Below are positions 55,337-64,000 of a stretch of 64,000 nucleotides of DNA, piece after piece. The notes below the pieces were generated by a model, which was given only the letters and a program-made list of their open reading frames with translations, was not told where the DNA came from and did no database searches. Numbering within the stretch: position 1 is the stretch's first letter; each line of letters starts with the position of its first letter. Origin of the DNA: Lachnospiraceae bacterium (GTDB taxonomy: Bacteria > Bacillota > Clostridia > Lachnospirales > Lachnospiraceae); contig JAGBBP010000014.1 in NCBI GenBank assembly GCA_017938405.1, positions 79,034-143,033 on the forward strand, written 5' to 3'. The position numbers and the translations under genes are program-made.

Positions 55337-55921
55337 TTACAGCGTCCCCTTGGTAGACAGCGTCCCGGTAAGTCTCGGCTCTGCCATGGTGGCTTCATCC
55401 AGTGCCTTTGCAAAGGCCTTGTAGGCTGCCTCAATTAAGTGATGGTTATTGCTGCCGTCCATCTGCTTGATGTGCAGATTCATGCCTGCGGCGTAGGACA
55501 CCGCATAGAAAAACTCTTTTACCATCTCGGTGTCGTAATAGCCCACACGCTCTGCGGTAAAGGTCATGTCAAAGTTGAGATACGGTCTGCCGGACAAATC
55601 AATGGCACAAAGTACCAGCGTCTCATCCATAGGAAGCAGGGAAGAACCGTACCGCTTAATGCCCTCCTTATTGCCTACCGCCTCTTTTATCGCCTGTCCC
55701 AGCACAATACCGGTATCCTCGATGGTGTGGTGGCAATCCACATATAAATCACCCTTTACGGACAAGGTTAAATCAAAGAACCCGTGTCTGGCAAAGCTGT
55801 TTAACATGTGATCCAGAAACCCGATGCCGGTATCCACCTTTGCAGTACCGGTACCGTCTAAATTCAGTTCGCAGACAATCTGGGTTTCTTTCGTATTTCG
55901 TTCAACTTTCGATGTTCTCAT
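55337..55921 (-). CDS. hisB: Imidazoleglycerol-phosphate dehydratase
   Basis: 194 aa. RNTKETQI, GFLDHML and HHTIED/HHLIEA motifs. Confidence 0.95.
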   Translation of the reverse strand: MRTSKVERNTKETQIVCELNLDGTGTAKVDTGIGFLDHMLNSFARHGFFDLTLSVKGDLYVDCHHTIEDTGIVLGQAIKEAVGNKEGIKRYGSSLLPMDETLVLCAIDLSGRPYLNFDMTFTAERVGYYDTEMVKEFFYAVSYAAGMNLHIKQMDGSNNHHLIEAAYKAFAKALDEATMAEPRLTGTLSTKGTL

Positions 55922-55948
55922 AACCTTCTCCTTTCTTACGGTGTACTA

Positions 55949-57250
55949 CTACTTTACTTCCTTCCCGAATCTCACCGCAATGGAATTTGCATGTGCAGTC
56001 AGTCCCTCTGCCTTTGCGAAGTCGATAATATCCTCGTGAATCGGCTCTAAGGCTTCTCTGGAGTAGGAAATAATGCTGGACTTCTTGATAAAGTCGTCTA
56101 CTTCCAGCGGGCTGAAGAACTTTGCGGTTCCGTTGGTCGGAAGCACGTGGTTCGGTCCTGCGAAGTAGTCGCCCAGCGGCTCGCTGGAGTATTCGCCGAT
56201 AAAGATAGCACCGGCGTTCTTAATCTTCGTCATAACGGTAAAAGCATCCTTGGTTACAAGCTCTAAATGCTCCGAGGCGATTTCGTTTACCGCATCAATG
56301 GCATCGTTCATGTTATCGGCAAGTAAAATATAGCCGTAGTTATCCAAAGACTTCTCTAAGATAGCCTTTCTGGAAAGCTGTGCCACAAAACGATCCACCT
56401 CAGCGCTTACCTTTTCTGCCACCTCTTCGCTGGTGGTAATCAGGATGGCGGAAGCCAGCTCGTCGTGCTCTGCCTGAGACAGTAAATCCGCAGCCACATA
56501 GGTTGGATTTGCGGTCTCATCCGCAAGCACAAGGATTTCACTCGGGCCTGCGATGGAGTCAATACTAACATGTCCGTATACGGACTTCTTTGCAAGGGCA
56601 ACGTAAATGTTACCCGGTCCTACGATTTTATCTACCTTCGGGATGCTCTCGGTACCGTATGCCAAAGCACCGATTGCCTGGGCACCGCCTACCTTATAAA
56701 TCTCGGTAACGCCGGCTTCCTTTGCGGCAACTAAAGTTCCCTCGTATACCTTACCGTCTGCGCCCGGCGGAGTTACCATGGCAATACGCTCAACGCCCGC
56801 TACCTTTGCCGGAAGTACGTTCATCAGAACGGAGGACGGGTATGCCGCCTTACCTCCCGGTACGTACACACCTACCGAGGCAATCGGGGTAATCTTCTGA
56901 CCTAAAATGGTACCGTCCGGCTGTGCATCAAACCAGCTGTTTCTTCTCTGCTTCTCGTGATAAGAGCGGATGTTTACAATAGCCTTACGAATGACTTCTA
57001 CGGTTCTTGCCGGAAGCTTCTCATACGCCTCCGCAATCTCGTCTTCCGTCACACGTACGGTCTCAGAAGTCAAAACTGCCTTATCAAACTTTTCGGTATA
57101 ACCGAATACAGCCTTATCGCCGTTTTCCTGTACATCCTTTAAAATCGCCTCAACCTTCTCCGTGTACTCCTTGTACTGGTTCGGACTGCGCTTTAACAAA
57201 TCCTCTAAAATATTCTTCTTGGTTTCTTCCGTCAAACGAACTGTTCTCAT
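55949..57250 (-). CDS. hisD: Histidinol dehydrogenase
   Basis: 433 aa. YVPGGKAAYPSSVLM, SQAEHD and GDYFAGPNHVLPT motifs. Confidence 0.95.
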   Translation of the reverse strand: MRTVRLTEETKKNILEDLLKRSPNQYKEYTEKVEAILKDVQENGDKAVFGYTEKFDKAVLTSETVRVTEDEIAEAYEKLPARTVEVIRKAIVNIRSYHEKQRRNSWFDAQPDGTILGQKITPIASVGVYVPGGKAAYPSSVLMNVLPAKVAGVERIAMVTPPGADGKVYEGTLVAAKEAGVTEIYKVGGAQAIGALAYGTESIPKVDKIVGPGNIYVALAKKSVYGHVSIDSIAGPSEILVLADETANPTYVAADLLSQAEHDELASAILITTSEEVAEKVSAEVDRFVAQLSRKAILEKSLDNYGYILLADNMNDAIDAVNEIASEHLELVTKDAFTVMTKIKNAGAIFIGEYSSEPLGDYFAGPNHVLPTNGTAKFFSPLEVDDFIKKSSIISYSREALEPIHEDIIDFAKAEGLTAHANSIAVRFGKEVK

Positions 57251-57300
57251 GTCAAACCTCTTTCTGCTGCTCTATTGCAGCGCATTCTATGCTTTCATTG

Positions 57301-57936
57301 TTAAACAATTGCTCTCAACTTCGTAATCAAATCTGTAATCCGCTCCTGCTCCATCTTCATACTGACGCGATTTACCACCACTCTGGCAGATAACGGACAT
57401 ACTTCTTCTAAAACAACCAATCCGTTCTCCTTTAAAGTAGAACCGGTCTCCACAATATCTACAATCACATCGGACAGTCCCACAATCGGAGCTAGTTCGA
57501 TGGAACCGTTTAATTTAATCAGCTCTACGGTCTGATGCTTCTGTTTTACAAAATAATCCTTGGCGATGTGCGGATACTTGGTGGCTACACGGATGATTTC
57601 ACCGTTTCCGAGAAGCTCCCTTGCGGACTCCGGACCGGCCACACACATACGGCACTTGCCCATGCCGAGGTCAAGCACCTCGTAAAGCTCTCTGCCTTCC
57701 TCTAAAATCGTATCTTTTCCTACCACACCGATATCTGCCGCGCCATACTCTACATAGGTCGGCACATCGTTGGCTTTTGCAAGGAAAAATTTCATTTTCA
57801 GTTCTTCATTGGTAAATATCAGCTTTCTGGAATCCTTATCCTTGATTTCCTCACAGGTAACACCAACCTGTTCCAAAAGCTCCAGTGCCTTCTTGGCAAG
57901 TCTGCCCTTCGCCAGGGCGATTGTAATATATTCCAT
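57301..57936 (-). CDS. hisG: ATP phosphoribosyltransferase, short (HisZ-dependent) form
   Basis: 211 aa. [19 protein letters not shown] and [15 protein letters not shown] motifs. The short length implies the HisZ-dependent type. Confidence 0.95.
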   Translation of the reverse strand: MEYITIALAKGRLAKKALELLEQVGVTCEEIKDKDSRKLIFTNEELKMKFFLAKANDVPTYVEYGAADIGVVGKDTILEEGRELYEVLDLGMGKCRMCVAGPESARELLGNGEIIRVATKYPHIAKDYFVKQKHQTVELIKLNGSIELAPIVGLSDVIVDIVETGSTLKENGLVVLEEVCPLSARVVVNRVSMKMEQERITDLITKLRAIV

Positions 57937-57958
57937 AACGATTCTCCAATCTAAACGG

Positions 57959-59158
57959 CTAGTTCATTGTCTGCACACCGTCTGCGGTTACCTTGTAAAC
58001 CTGTACGATACCGTTTGTACCGATGCGTTTCACATACTCGGACCAGTCTGCACGCTTTTCTTCCAGAGTAGCGTATACATCCTTTGCCCGAAGGTCGCAC
58101 ACACACTGAATCGCGGCACACTCCGCCGTCTTCTCATACACAACAAGAATACGTTCCTTTTCCTCTGCGGTAATCAGTCCCTGTCGGGAAAGACCAAGAA
58201 GCAACGTATCTACATATAACGCAATACCGATGGCCGGTGCATTCTTTCCGAACTGGCCCATCAAATGGTCGTAACGGCCTCCTGCCGCCACGGATTCACC
58301 GGTCTTATAGGTAAGGGCCCGGAAATTGATACCGGTATAGTAACCGTACTTACCCAGCATACCTAAATCATAGGAAATATACTCCGCTACACCGTAACTT
58401 TCCAAATACTTATGTAAAGTCATCAAATGGTCAATAGCCGCACATGCTTCCGCATTGTCGGTCATGTTGCGGATTGCCGAAAGACGCTCCACACTGCCGA
58501 ATAACTCCGGAAGCTTGAGAAGCAGTTCCTTAAGTTCCGGTGCAAGCGACTTATCGGAAAGTGCCTGCTCTACGGAAAACAGATTCTTACTCTCAATGAG
58601 TTCTCTTACCTCTGCCGCCTCTTCTGCGGAAAATCCGGCTTCCTTTGCAAGGGCGTTAAAAAATCCCACATGTCCGATTTCAATCTGGAACTCCTTAAGA
58701 CCACTGGCCTTTAGGCTCTCAGCCATCAGGGCAACCATCTCCGCATCCGCCACCACGGAACCGTCATTAATAAGCTCCGCACCGATCTGGGTAGTCTCCT
58801 TTAATTTTCCCAAATAACCGCTGTTATCCACAAAAGTATTTCCTCTGTAGGATAAACGAAGCGGATTTACCTCATCCTTATAATATTTTGCCACACACCT
58901 TGCAATGGGCGGTGTCATATCCGGACGAAGCACAAGGGTATTACCTTCTCTGTCAATGAACTTATACATATCCTTCGACGGAACGGTTCCCCGCTCCTTT
59001 CGGAAAATGTCGAAATACTCGAACGTCGGAGTTACCACATCCCGAAACCCGAACCGGTGCAGGCAATGTCGTAATTTCCCCTCCAATTGCTGTTTTTTCA
59101 CGCATTCCGCGTCATGCAAATCCCGGACTCCTTCCGGCGTATGTAATAATTTCTCCAT
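57959..59158 (-). CDS. hisZ: ATP phosphoribosyltransferase regulatory subunit (HisRS paralog)
   Basis: Start set to ATG 59156-59158 after AAAGGAGGAC ([14 protein letters not shown]). Class-II aaRS-like core without an anticodon-binding domain. Confidence 0.9.
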   Translation of the reverse strand: MEKLLHTPEGVRDLHDAECVKKQQLEGKLRHCLHRFGFRDVVTPTFEYFDIFRKERGTVPSKDMYKFIDREGNTLVLRPDMTPPIARCVAKYYKDEVNPLRLSYRGNTFVDNSGYLGKLKETTQIGAELINDGSVVADAEMVALMAESLKASGLKEFQIEIGHVGFFNALAKEAGFSAEEAAEVRELIESKNLFSVEQALSDKSLAPELKELLLKLPELFGSVERLSAIRNMTDNAEACAAIDHLMTLHKYLESYGVAEYISYDLGMLGKYGYYTGINFRALTYKTGESVAAGGRYDHLMGQFGKNAPAIGIALYVDTLLLGLSRQGLITAEEKERILVVYEKTAECAAIQCVCDLRAKDVYATLEEKRADWSEYVKRIGTNGIVQVYKVTADGVQTMN

Positions 59159-59248
59159 ACGTCCTCCTTTCTCTTTTATCACTTCTTTCCACATGCCCAT
59201 GCACTTTCCTGTGGTAAAGTGATAATTCGCTACCAAAATAATGTATAC

Positions 59249-59277
59249 ATTGTACGACATTTCTTTCCAATTGTCAA
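59249..59277 (-). promoter_or_regulatory. Perfect-spacing sigma-A promoter of the his operon
   Basis: The minus strand reads TTGACA (59277-59272), a 17-nt spacer, then TACAAT (59254-59249). Confidence 0.7.
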
Positions 59278-59280
59278 TGA

Positions 59281-59320
59281 AAAATTGAAAAGAAAAGCCG
59301 TTGCCTATGACAACGGCTTT
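59281..59320 (-). terminator. Rho-independent terminator after the zinc-ribbon gene
   Basis: Perfect 10-bp stem AAAGCCGTTG/CAACGGCTTT with a 7-nt loop, then TCTTTTCAATTTTT on the minus strand. Confidence 0.85.
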
Positions 59321-59340
59321 CCCATCTTTCTTAACTCTTA

Positions 59341-61206
59341 TTAATCATAATAATCCATCGCATCATCAATGGCGTCTTTCAACGCATCCTCGATGTACTC
59401 ATCATAATTCTTTTCTTCTTCGACGGAGTAAACTTCCTTCATCTTCTTTCCTTCCATACGGTATACGGTATTCACGTCCTCTTCGGAAACACCTACATAG
59501 ACAATCCCGTTTTCCTTTGTAAGATACAATTCTCCGTCATCTACTACACGAAGTTCTTTTTCTTTACCGCCGTTTTTGGAATAACAAAGTTCTTCCCCTT
59601 CAATAATAAAGTAACAATAAGTTCCGTCAGCAGACATCACTGCGGAAGTCACATCATCCGCAATCTTGGTCCCTTTGCCCTTTTTCTCTACATAATAAAG
59701 CTCGGCTTCTGAATTCAAAAGGTATACGTGCTTCAAATCTCCGTCCGCATAAATCTTTTCCGGATATGCATTACTTGCAATAACGCTCTTCTCTCCGCCC
59801 TTGGCAAACTTCGTAACCTTCACGATATCGGAACCGTTTCTGTATACCAAAGACTCTCCATCCTCGGCCAGTGCATACTGATAGGCACTGGATGCCAGCT
59901 TCTCGGCTTCGAACTTCTTCTTCATATAGTAAATTTCATCCGCATAATAGCAATAAAACAGCTTTTCTTCAAAGGTATCCACACCGGTATATGTAATCTC
60001 GATTTCACCGATTTCCGTTTCCAAATCCTGTCCGTCTCTTGCTGCGTTATCCTCTAAAATCACTCTTGTAAATCTTTCCCCCGCAATCTTTTTCTTTTCA
60101 CCGCCCTTTACGGTAATATATGTCTTTCCATCCATAAAGAACAACATTTCCGAATAATCGGCATTCAGCATAACTTCCACATCGTAAAGGTCGCCGGCAA
60201 GCTTCTCGTCTCCCTTTTTGTTCATAACGTAAACACGGTCAACATCGGAATAGTACACATACTTTGCCTTATCCGCAATTGCAAATACACGCTTTTCCTT
60301 ACCAACTTCTACCGGTTCCTTACCGTTTACGGAATAAAATCCTTTGAAATCATCCGTAGCCTCATACTCCGCTACATAGGCAACCGTTTTTCCGTCCGGA
60401 GAAAGCACTGCGCTGTCTACCACAACTTCTTCCGCAATTTCCATACCGGACTTTTTCTTAATATCGTATAAATTCAAAGTACCGACCTTAATGGTATCCT
60501 CATAGTCGTACTCCGCAACATAATAAGAAACTCTTTCACAATCGGAAAAATATACCAAAGTATCACCGCTGTTGGAAACCAAAACACCGGTTGCTTCATC
60601 AATACCGGTAGCAATTATCTTCCGATCCTTAATAATTACCAGTTCATCTTCTTCATTCCGATAAGCTAACACGGAACCATCCATGCTGTAGGTCTGATAA
60701 TTTGCTTTATCATCATCCAGCTTCAACTGCTCTCCGTCCGCATAAATCGCATACAAATCGCCATCACGTTCTTCGACGGCAAGGACAGAGTTCTCCGAAA
60801 CCTTCATATAAGAATCATCCTTGGAACCGAGTGTGGCAATCAAAAAAATGAGAAATAACAAAACAACAACAGCTGCAGCACCCATTGCAATGAACTTCTT
60901 CGCCTTCTCGTTCATACCGCCGATCAACTGCTTAAAACTCTTCTTTTCTTTCTTCTCGGAAGCAATCTCATCTGCCTCTGCAACGATTTCTTCCTTCGCA
61001 GCAGCAACTTCCTCAACCTCTTCTTTGACCTCTTCCTTGGCCTCTTCCTTGGCCTCGGCTACTTCTTCTACTACTGCTTCTTCCGCAACTTCAACTACTT
61101 CTTCCGTCACATTCTCTTCTTGTACTTCTGCTGCCAATTCTACGCCGCAGTTGGTACAAAACTTAATATCATCCGCACATTCATGACCACATTTACTGCA
61201 AATCAT
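59341..61206 (-). CDS. Zinc-ribbon / acidic linker / TM / repeat (beta-propeller-like, DUF5050-type?) membrane protein
   Basis: 621 aa. N-terminal CSKCGHEC...CTNCG zinc ribbon, a ~70-aa E/K/V/A low-complexity linker, one TM helix (FIAMGAAAVVVLLFLIFLIATL), then about 10 degenerate ~35-aa repeats rich in Y/G/K. Confidence 0.75.
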   Translation of the reverse strand: MICSKCGHECADDIKFCTNCGVELAAEVQEENVTEEVVEVAEEAVVEEVAEAKEEAKEEVKEEVEEVAAAKEEIVAEADEIASEKKEKKSFKQLIGGMNEKAKKFIAMGAAAVVVLLFLIFLIATLGSKDDSYMKVSENSVLAVEERDGDLYAIYADGEQLKLDDDKANYQTYSMDGSVLAYRNEEDELVIIKDRKIIATGIDEATGVLVSNSGDTLVYFSDCERVSYYVAEYDYEDTIKVGTLNLYDIKKKSGMEIAEEVVVDSAVLSPDGKTVAYVAEYEATDDFKGFYSVNGKEPVEVGKEKRVFAIADKAKYVYYSDVDRVYVMNKKGDEKLAGDLYDVEVMLNADYSEMLFFMDGKTYITVKGGEKKKIAGERFTRVILEDNAARDGQDLETEIGEIEITYTGVDTFEEKLFYCYYADEIYYMKKKFEAEKLASSAYQYALAEDGESLVYRNGSDIVKVTKFAKGGEKSVIASNAYPEKIYADGDLKHVYLLNSEAELYYVEKKGKGTKIADDVTSAVMSADGTYCYFIIEGEELCYSKNGGKEKELRVVDDGELYLTKENGIVYVGVSEEDVNTVYRMEGKKMKEVYSVEEEKNYDEYIEDALKDAIDDAMDYYD

Positions 61207-61281
61207 AGGTTCCTCCTTCTTGTTATCATCACGATAACCATGTATATGTTCTATCTTCCATATAAGCTTACGCCACTACAC

Positions 61282-61310
61282 ATTTTACTCTATTTTCCCA
61301 TCTATGTCAA
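61282..61310 (-). promoter_or_regulatory. Sigma-A promoter of the zinc-ribbon gene
   Basis: The minus strand reads TTGACA (61310-61305), a 17-nt spacer, then TAAAAT (61287-61282). Confidence 0.65.
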
Positions 61311-61334
61311 GAAATTATCACTCTTTTCCTCCTC

Positions 61335-61871
61335 TTAATCCTCCCTTAAACTCAAGTCCCGTTGCAAAGAATCCAAATAAGGAACCGGCACGTTTTTCCC
61401 CCGTGGCAAAAAAAACTCCGACTCCGTTTCTTCCAAACGAAAACTTTTCCTTCCGCCGTTTTTCATCCGCTCATAAAACTCTTTCAACTTCTCAAACCGC
61501 AAATAATAGTATAAGTCCTTTGCGGTATAATAAATCAACAGAAAGGCAACCCCTTCCTGACGCTCGAATTCTTCCATGAACGCATACTGATGTTCATGCA
61601 CATTTTGCAAAGAAAAGGTATCTTCCGCACACTCCTTTGCGTCGAAACAAACCGGAATTCCCTGCACCGCACCGATGTAGTCTACCGTACTTTTCTTCTC
61701 AAAATATGCCAATGTAATGTGTCTGGTTTCCTGCTCAATCTGTATCGGAGTAATCGGCGTCGGCACCTTCTGTATCAAAGCAAGTCCCAATTCCCTGTAA
61801 CGTTCGTTGGTCAGGTTAATCAATTCCTCAAAAGCAGAACCTCTGAGGCCTCTCGAATTCCATTCTCCCAT
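61335..61871 (-). CDS. recU: Holliday junction resolvase RecU
   Basis: 178 aa. GSAFEELINLTNERY, KVPTPITPI, DYIGAVQGIPVCFDAKEC and LQNVHEHQ blocks parallel B. subtilis RecU. Confidence 0.9.
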   Translation of the reverse strand: MGEWNSRGLRGSAFEELINLTNERYRELGLALIQKVPTPITPIQIEQETRHITLAYFEKKSTVDYIGAVQGIPVCFDAKECAEDTFSLQNVHEHQYAFMEEFERQEGVAFLLIYYTAKDLYYYLRFEKLKEFYERMKNGGRKSFRLEETESEFFLPRGKNVPVPYLDSLQRDLSLRED

Positions 61872-61904
61872 GCCGTCTCCTTTCTGTCCCGTTCTTCCTA
61901 TGGA

Positions 61905-62975
61905 CTACACATTCCTATCCGCAACACCCTTCCGGAACTCTGTTAACTCCTTACAATAAACACCGAGACCTTTGGCAATCTTCAAAAACTGTTCCGGTAC
62001 CGGCGCAAAAAACTTTCTTCCTTCCAACTGTCCCAGTTTTTGCATCTTCTCCGGGAATTCGAAATATGCCGCATGTAACAGTTGGTGTTTCAAGCCATAC
62101 TGCTGTCTCAGCGTCCGGTTTACTTCCGCATTTCCGTACTTCCCGTCTCCCACAAGGGGATGACCGACGGAGGCCAGATGTGCACGAATCTGGTGGGTCT
62201 TTCCGGTAATGAGACGAACCCGTAACAACGTATATTGTCCGCTCGACACTACCGGTGCATATTCCGTTTCGATATAAGACACCGCATCGGATTGTTTCGT
62301 TTTCTCTACCGTAACCGTATTAGCGGATTCATCCTTTCCCAAATACCCCTTCAGGCTGCATCCTTTTTTTACTTCTCCGCATACGATACAGAAATAGTCC
62401 TTATGTACCGTACGTTCCTTCAATAAAGCAGACAAAGTTTGAAGTCCCGGCAAACTTTTCCCGGCCGTAATCAGTCCGCTGGTATTCCGGTCCAGCCGGT
62501 TGCATATTCCGGGGCGAAAGGTCTGCATCTCTTCCCTCGTTAATTTCCCCGTTTCCAAAAGATATGAAATCACCCATTCATTTAAGGATACATCATCCTT
62601 CTCAGCCTTTTGGGACAAAACGCCCACAGGCTTATTTAACAAAAGCACATCCGCGTCTTCGTAAATAATCTCTACACCGGATATTATCTCCGAAGTCTTT
62701 TTCTTTTGTACATTTCCTCCCCTTTCCTGTTCCGCACCCCCACCTGTTTTTTGAGCGTTTTGAAAGGAAACAATGGTATCCTCCGACAGAAAAAGGCAAA
62801 CCTCATCCGTTTCTTTTAACAACTCTGTCCCGTCTGCTTTTTTGCCGTTTAACGTAATATTTTTCTTCCGTAACATCTTATGTAAAAAACTCTGGGGAGC
62901 CGCGTTTAAATACTTTGCAAGAAGCTTTAAAAGCTTCTGTCCGGCTTCGTTTTTCGTCACTACAAGTTTTCTCAT
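61905..62975 (-). CDS. RluA-family pseudouridine synthase with S4 domain
   Basis: 356 aa. S4-like N-terminus, catalytic NRLDRNTSGL and GKTHQIRAHL. There is a ~30-aa Gly/Lys-rich insert between the S4 and catalytic domains. Confidence 0.9.
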   Translation of the reverse strand: MRKLVVTKNEAGQKLLKLLAKYLNAAPQSFLHKMLRKKNITLNGKKADGTELLKETDEVCLFLSEDTIVSFQNAQKTGGGAEQERGGNVQKKKTSEIISGVEIIYEDADVLLLNKPVGVLSQKAEKDDVSLNEWVISYLLETGKLTREEMQTFRPGICNRLDRNTSGLITAGKSLPGLQTLSALLKERTVHKDYFCIVCGEVKKGCSLKGYLGKDESANTVTVEKTKQSDAVSYIETEYAPVVSSGQYTLLRVRLITGKTHQIRAHLASVGHPLVGDGKYGNAEVNRTLRQQYGLKHQLLHAAYFEFPEKMQKLGQLEGRKFFAPVPEQFLKIAKGLGVYCKELTEFRKGVADRNV

Positions 62976-63003
62976 TTATGTTGTCCCGCCTTCGTTCTGT
63001 CTC

Positions 63004-63570
63004 CTATACCGCCAAAGAGCGCAAAAATTCCAACAATTCCTTCATTTCTTCTTCCGTCCTGGTCGCCTCAGGAATCCGCTTTAACGCCTCTGTAAAGCGG
63101 TTTGCATCCTCATACAACACCACTTTGCCCGGAATCTCTCGCTTTTTCAGTTCACCGGATAAAAACACCGTAATCTTATCCGTTTTTTCCTTATCTCTTT
63201 CTACCAAACCGATTAACTCATGTCCGGTTAGAACAAGGAAGGATACTCCCATGGCACGTTCGGAAGATGTGAACAAATAATCCGATAACAGAATGCTGCC
63301 CCTCGGAATCACTGTCTTTACCTGCTCGTATAAGGCTCTCTCCGGCGTTTTATGCGGAAGCATAATGAGTAACGTAGCCAAATATCGTGCCATCGGTAGC
63401 ACAAATAATACTGCCACCACCGTAAAAATGTTTCTCTTTTCAAATTTATTCAAAAACAGTCCTAAGACAAAAATCGCAACTCCGATTGCAATCATGGAAA
63501 GAACTCCGATGAAAAGCCTTCGCTTTTCCGAACGGATTCGCCCGTATTCACAACGTTCAATTCGTTTCAT
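63004..63570 (-). CDS. Two-TM membrane protein of unknown function
   Basis: Start set to ATG 63568-63570 after AAGGAGAAG, 10 nt past the HAD stop. The track start at 63672 would overlap the HAD gene by 92 nt. Confidence 0.55.
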   Translation of the reverse strand: MKRIERCEYGRIRSEKRRLFIGVLSMIAIGVAIFVLGLFLNKFEKRNIFTVVAVLFVLPMARYLATLLIMLPHKTPERALYEQVKTVIPRGSILLSDYLFTSSERAMGVSFLVLTGHELIGLVERDKEKTDKITVFLSGELKKREIPGKVVLYEDANRFTEALKRIPEATRTEEEMKELLEFLRSLAV

Positions 63571-63580
63571 AGTCTTCTCC

Positions 63581-64000
63581 TTACCATTTAATTTCATCAT
63601 AATGGGTAATGTAATAATCCGCCAACCGCATCTTTTCTTCCCGGTATCCTGCGGAAAAATCATCTTCCACACCGCACACCTTCATACCGGCCGCCTTCCC
63701 TGCCAGGATTCCCTCCGAAATATCTTCAAACACAAGACACCGTTCCGGAGAAACCTTCAGATAATCGGCAACCAGCAAATAAATATCCGGGGCCGGCTTT
63801 CCTGTTTTCACTTCACAGGACATATGTACTTCATCAAAATAAGGGGATAAACCCAAGGCTTCCAGTACAGCAAAGGCCAGTTCCTTCGAGTTACTGGTGG
63901 CAATTCCGGTCTTGATTCCTTTTTCCTTCAGCTTCTTTAAAAAGGCCAGCACTCCCGGTTTTAGCGGTACCTCATTACAATACTTATCCATAGCCATTTC
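63581..64000 (-). CDS. HAD-IA hydrolase (beta-phosphoglucomutase-like), 5'-truncated by the window edge
   Basis: The reading frame stays open to nt 64000. HAD motifs II-IV are present (IATSN, KTGKPAPDIY, VFEDISEGILAGKAAGM) and motif I must lie outside the window. Confidence 0.8.
   Translation of the reverse strand, partial: EMAMDKYCNEVPLKPGVLAFLKKLKEKGIKTGIATSNSKELAFAVLEALGLSPYFDEVHMSCEVKTGKPAPDIYLLVADYLKVSPERCLVFEDISEGILAGKAAGMKVCGVEDDFSAGYREEKMRLADYYITHYDEIKW

Noticed and set aside
55296-57282. Two intercistronic his-operon hairpins sharing CTATTGCAG (55296-55313 between hisB and hisA; 57265-57282 between hisG and hisD).
   Set aside because: The stems are only 5-7 bp with mismatches, and the shared motif is 9 nt. 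That is too short to distinguish from chance or simple RBS-context structure without a genome-wide count.
59159-59248. Possible T-box riboswitch or His-codon attenuator leader in front of hisZ.
   Set aside because: The leader from the predicted start site to the ATG is only about 85-90 nt, far shorter than a T-box. It contains no run of His codons and no terminator/antiterminator pair that I could fold.
61029-61052. Perfect tandem duplication of the 12-mer CCTCTTCCTTGG inside the zinc-ribbon gene.
   Set aside because: It encodes KEEA-KEEA within a long low-complexity acidic linker. It is ordinary coding-repeat slippage rather than a regulatory or CRISPR-like repeat.
63581-63672. 92-nt overlap between the HAD gene and the following membrane-protein ORF, considered as a frameshifted or fused gene.
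   Set aside because: The overlap disappears when the downstream gene starts at the RBS-supported ATG at 63570, so it is an artefact of taking the longest ORF.
1-64000. Screen for CRISPR arrays, tRNA/rRNA genes, IS elements, integrases, prophage structural genes, reverse transcriptases (retron/DGR) and long terminal inverted repeats.
   Set aside because: No ORF has transposase, recombinase or RT motifs. No intergenic region has regularly spaced repeats or tRNA-like sequence (the longest gaps are about 150-270 nt). A manual scan cannot exclude short or degenerate elements.

Overview
64-kb chromosomal segment of a spore-forming Firmicute. Gene content and order look Clostridia/Lachnospiraceae-like, but that is inference only. 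I call about 73 protein-coding genes, all but four on the minus strand. I recognised no rRNA, tRNA, CRISPR array, transposase or integrase. The ORF track translates some TTG/GTG codons as M, so several starts were re-picked by hand from ATG plus Shine-Dalgarno context. The backbone is the conserved block spoIIIAA-AH / asp23 / nusB / xseA-xseB / ispA / dxs / tlyA / nadK / argR ... recN / spoIVB. It also carries yebC, gltX, aroE, recU, an RluA-type pseudouridine synthase and a histidine operon (hisZ-G-D-B-A plus a hisIE fusion). The normally tight argR-recN junction is split by about 23 kb. That interval holds yebC-gltX, a co-directional array of about 20 small-molecule-modifying enzymes (5 GNAT domains, 2 histidine phosphatases, HAD, NUDIX, HD, Nim-like PNPOx, SAM methyltransferase, alpha/beta hydrolases), a low-GC AbiEi/AbiEii cassette, a UvrD-like helicase, a polysaccharide deacetylase lipoprotein and a 1260-aa Big_2-repeat protein. 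Other accessory content is a YtrA/GntR-controlled ABC operon ending in a 394-aa orphan, a DUF1796 gene, a GH94 phosphorylase with a divergent AraC regulator, a MATE pump and an AlkD-like gene. Best candidates for undescribed biology, all hypotheses: (1) an ATGA-coupled HD / PAF-AH-like hydrolase / small P-loop kinase triad abutting the AbiE cassette; (2) the GntR / two orphan membrane proteins / ABC ATPase / orphan ectoprotein operon; (3) a HisF-like domain that looks catalytically dead, fused to HisIE in an operon lacking hisH/hisF; (4) a histidine-phosphatase + GNAT pairing present once as a fusion and once as neighbouring genes. Family names come from motifs I could read and from remembered family signatures. 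No database search was run.
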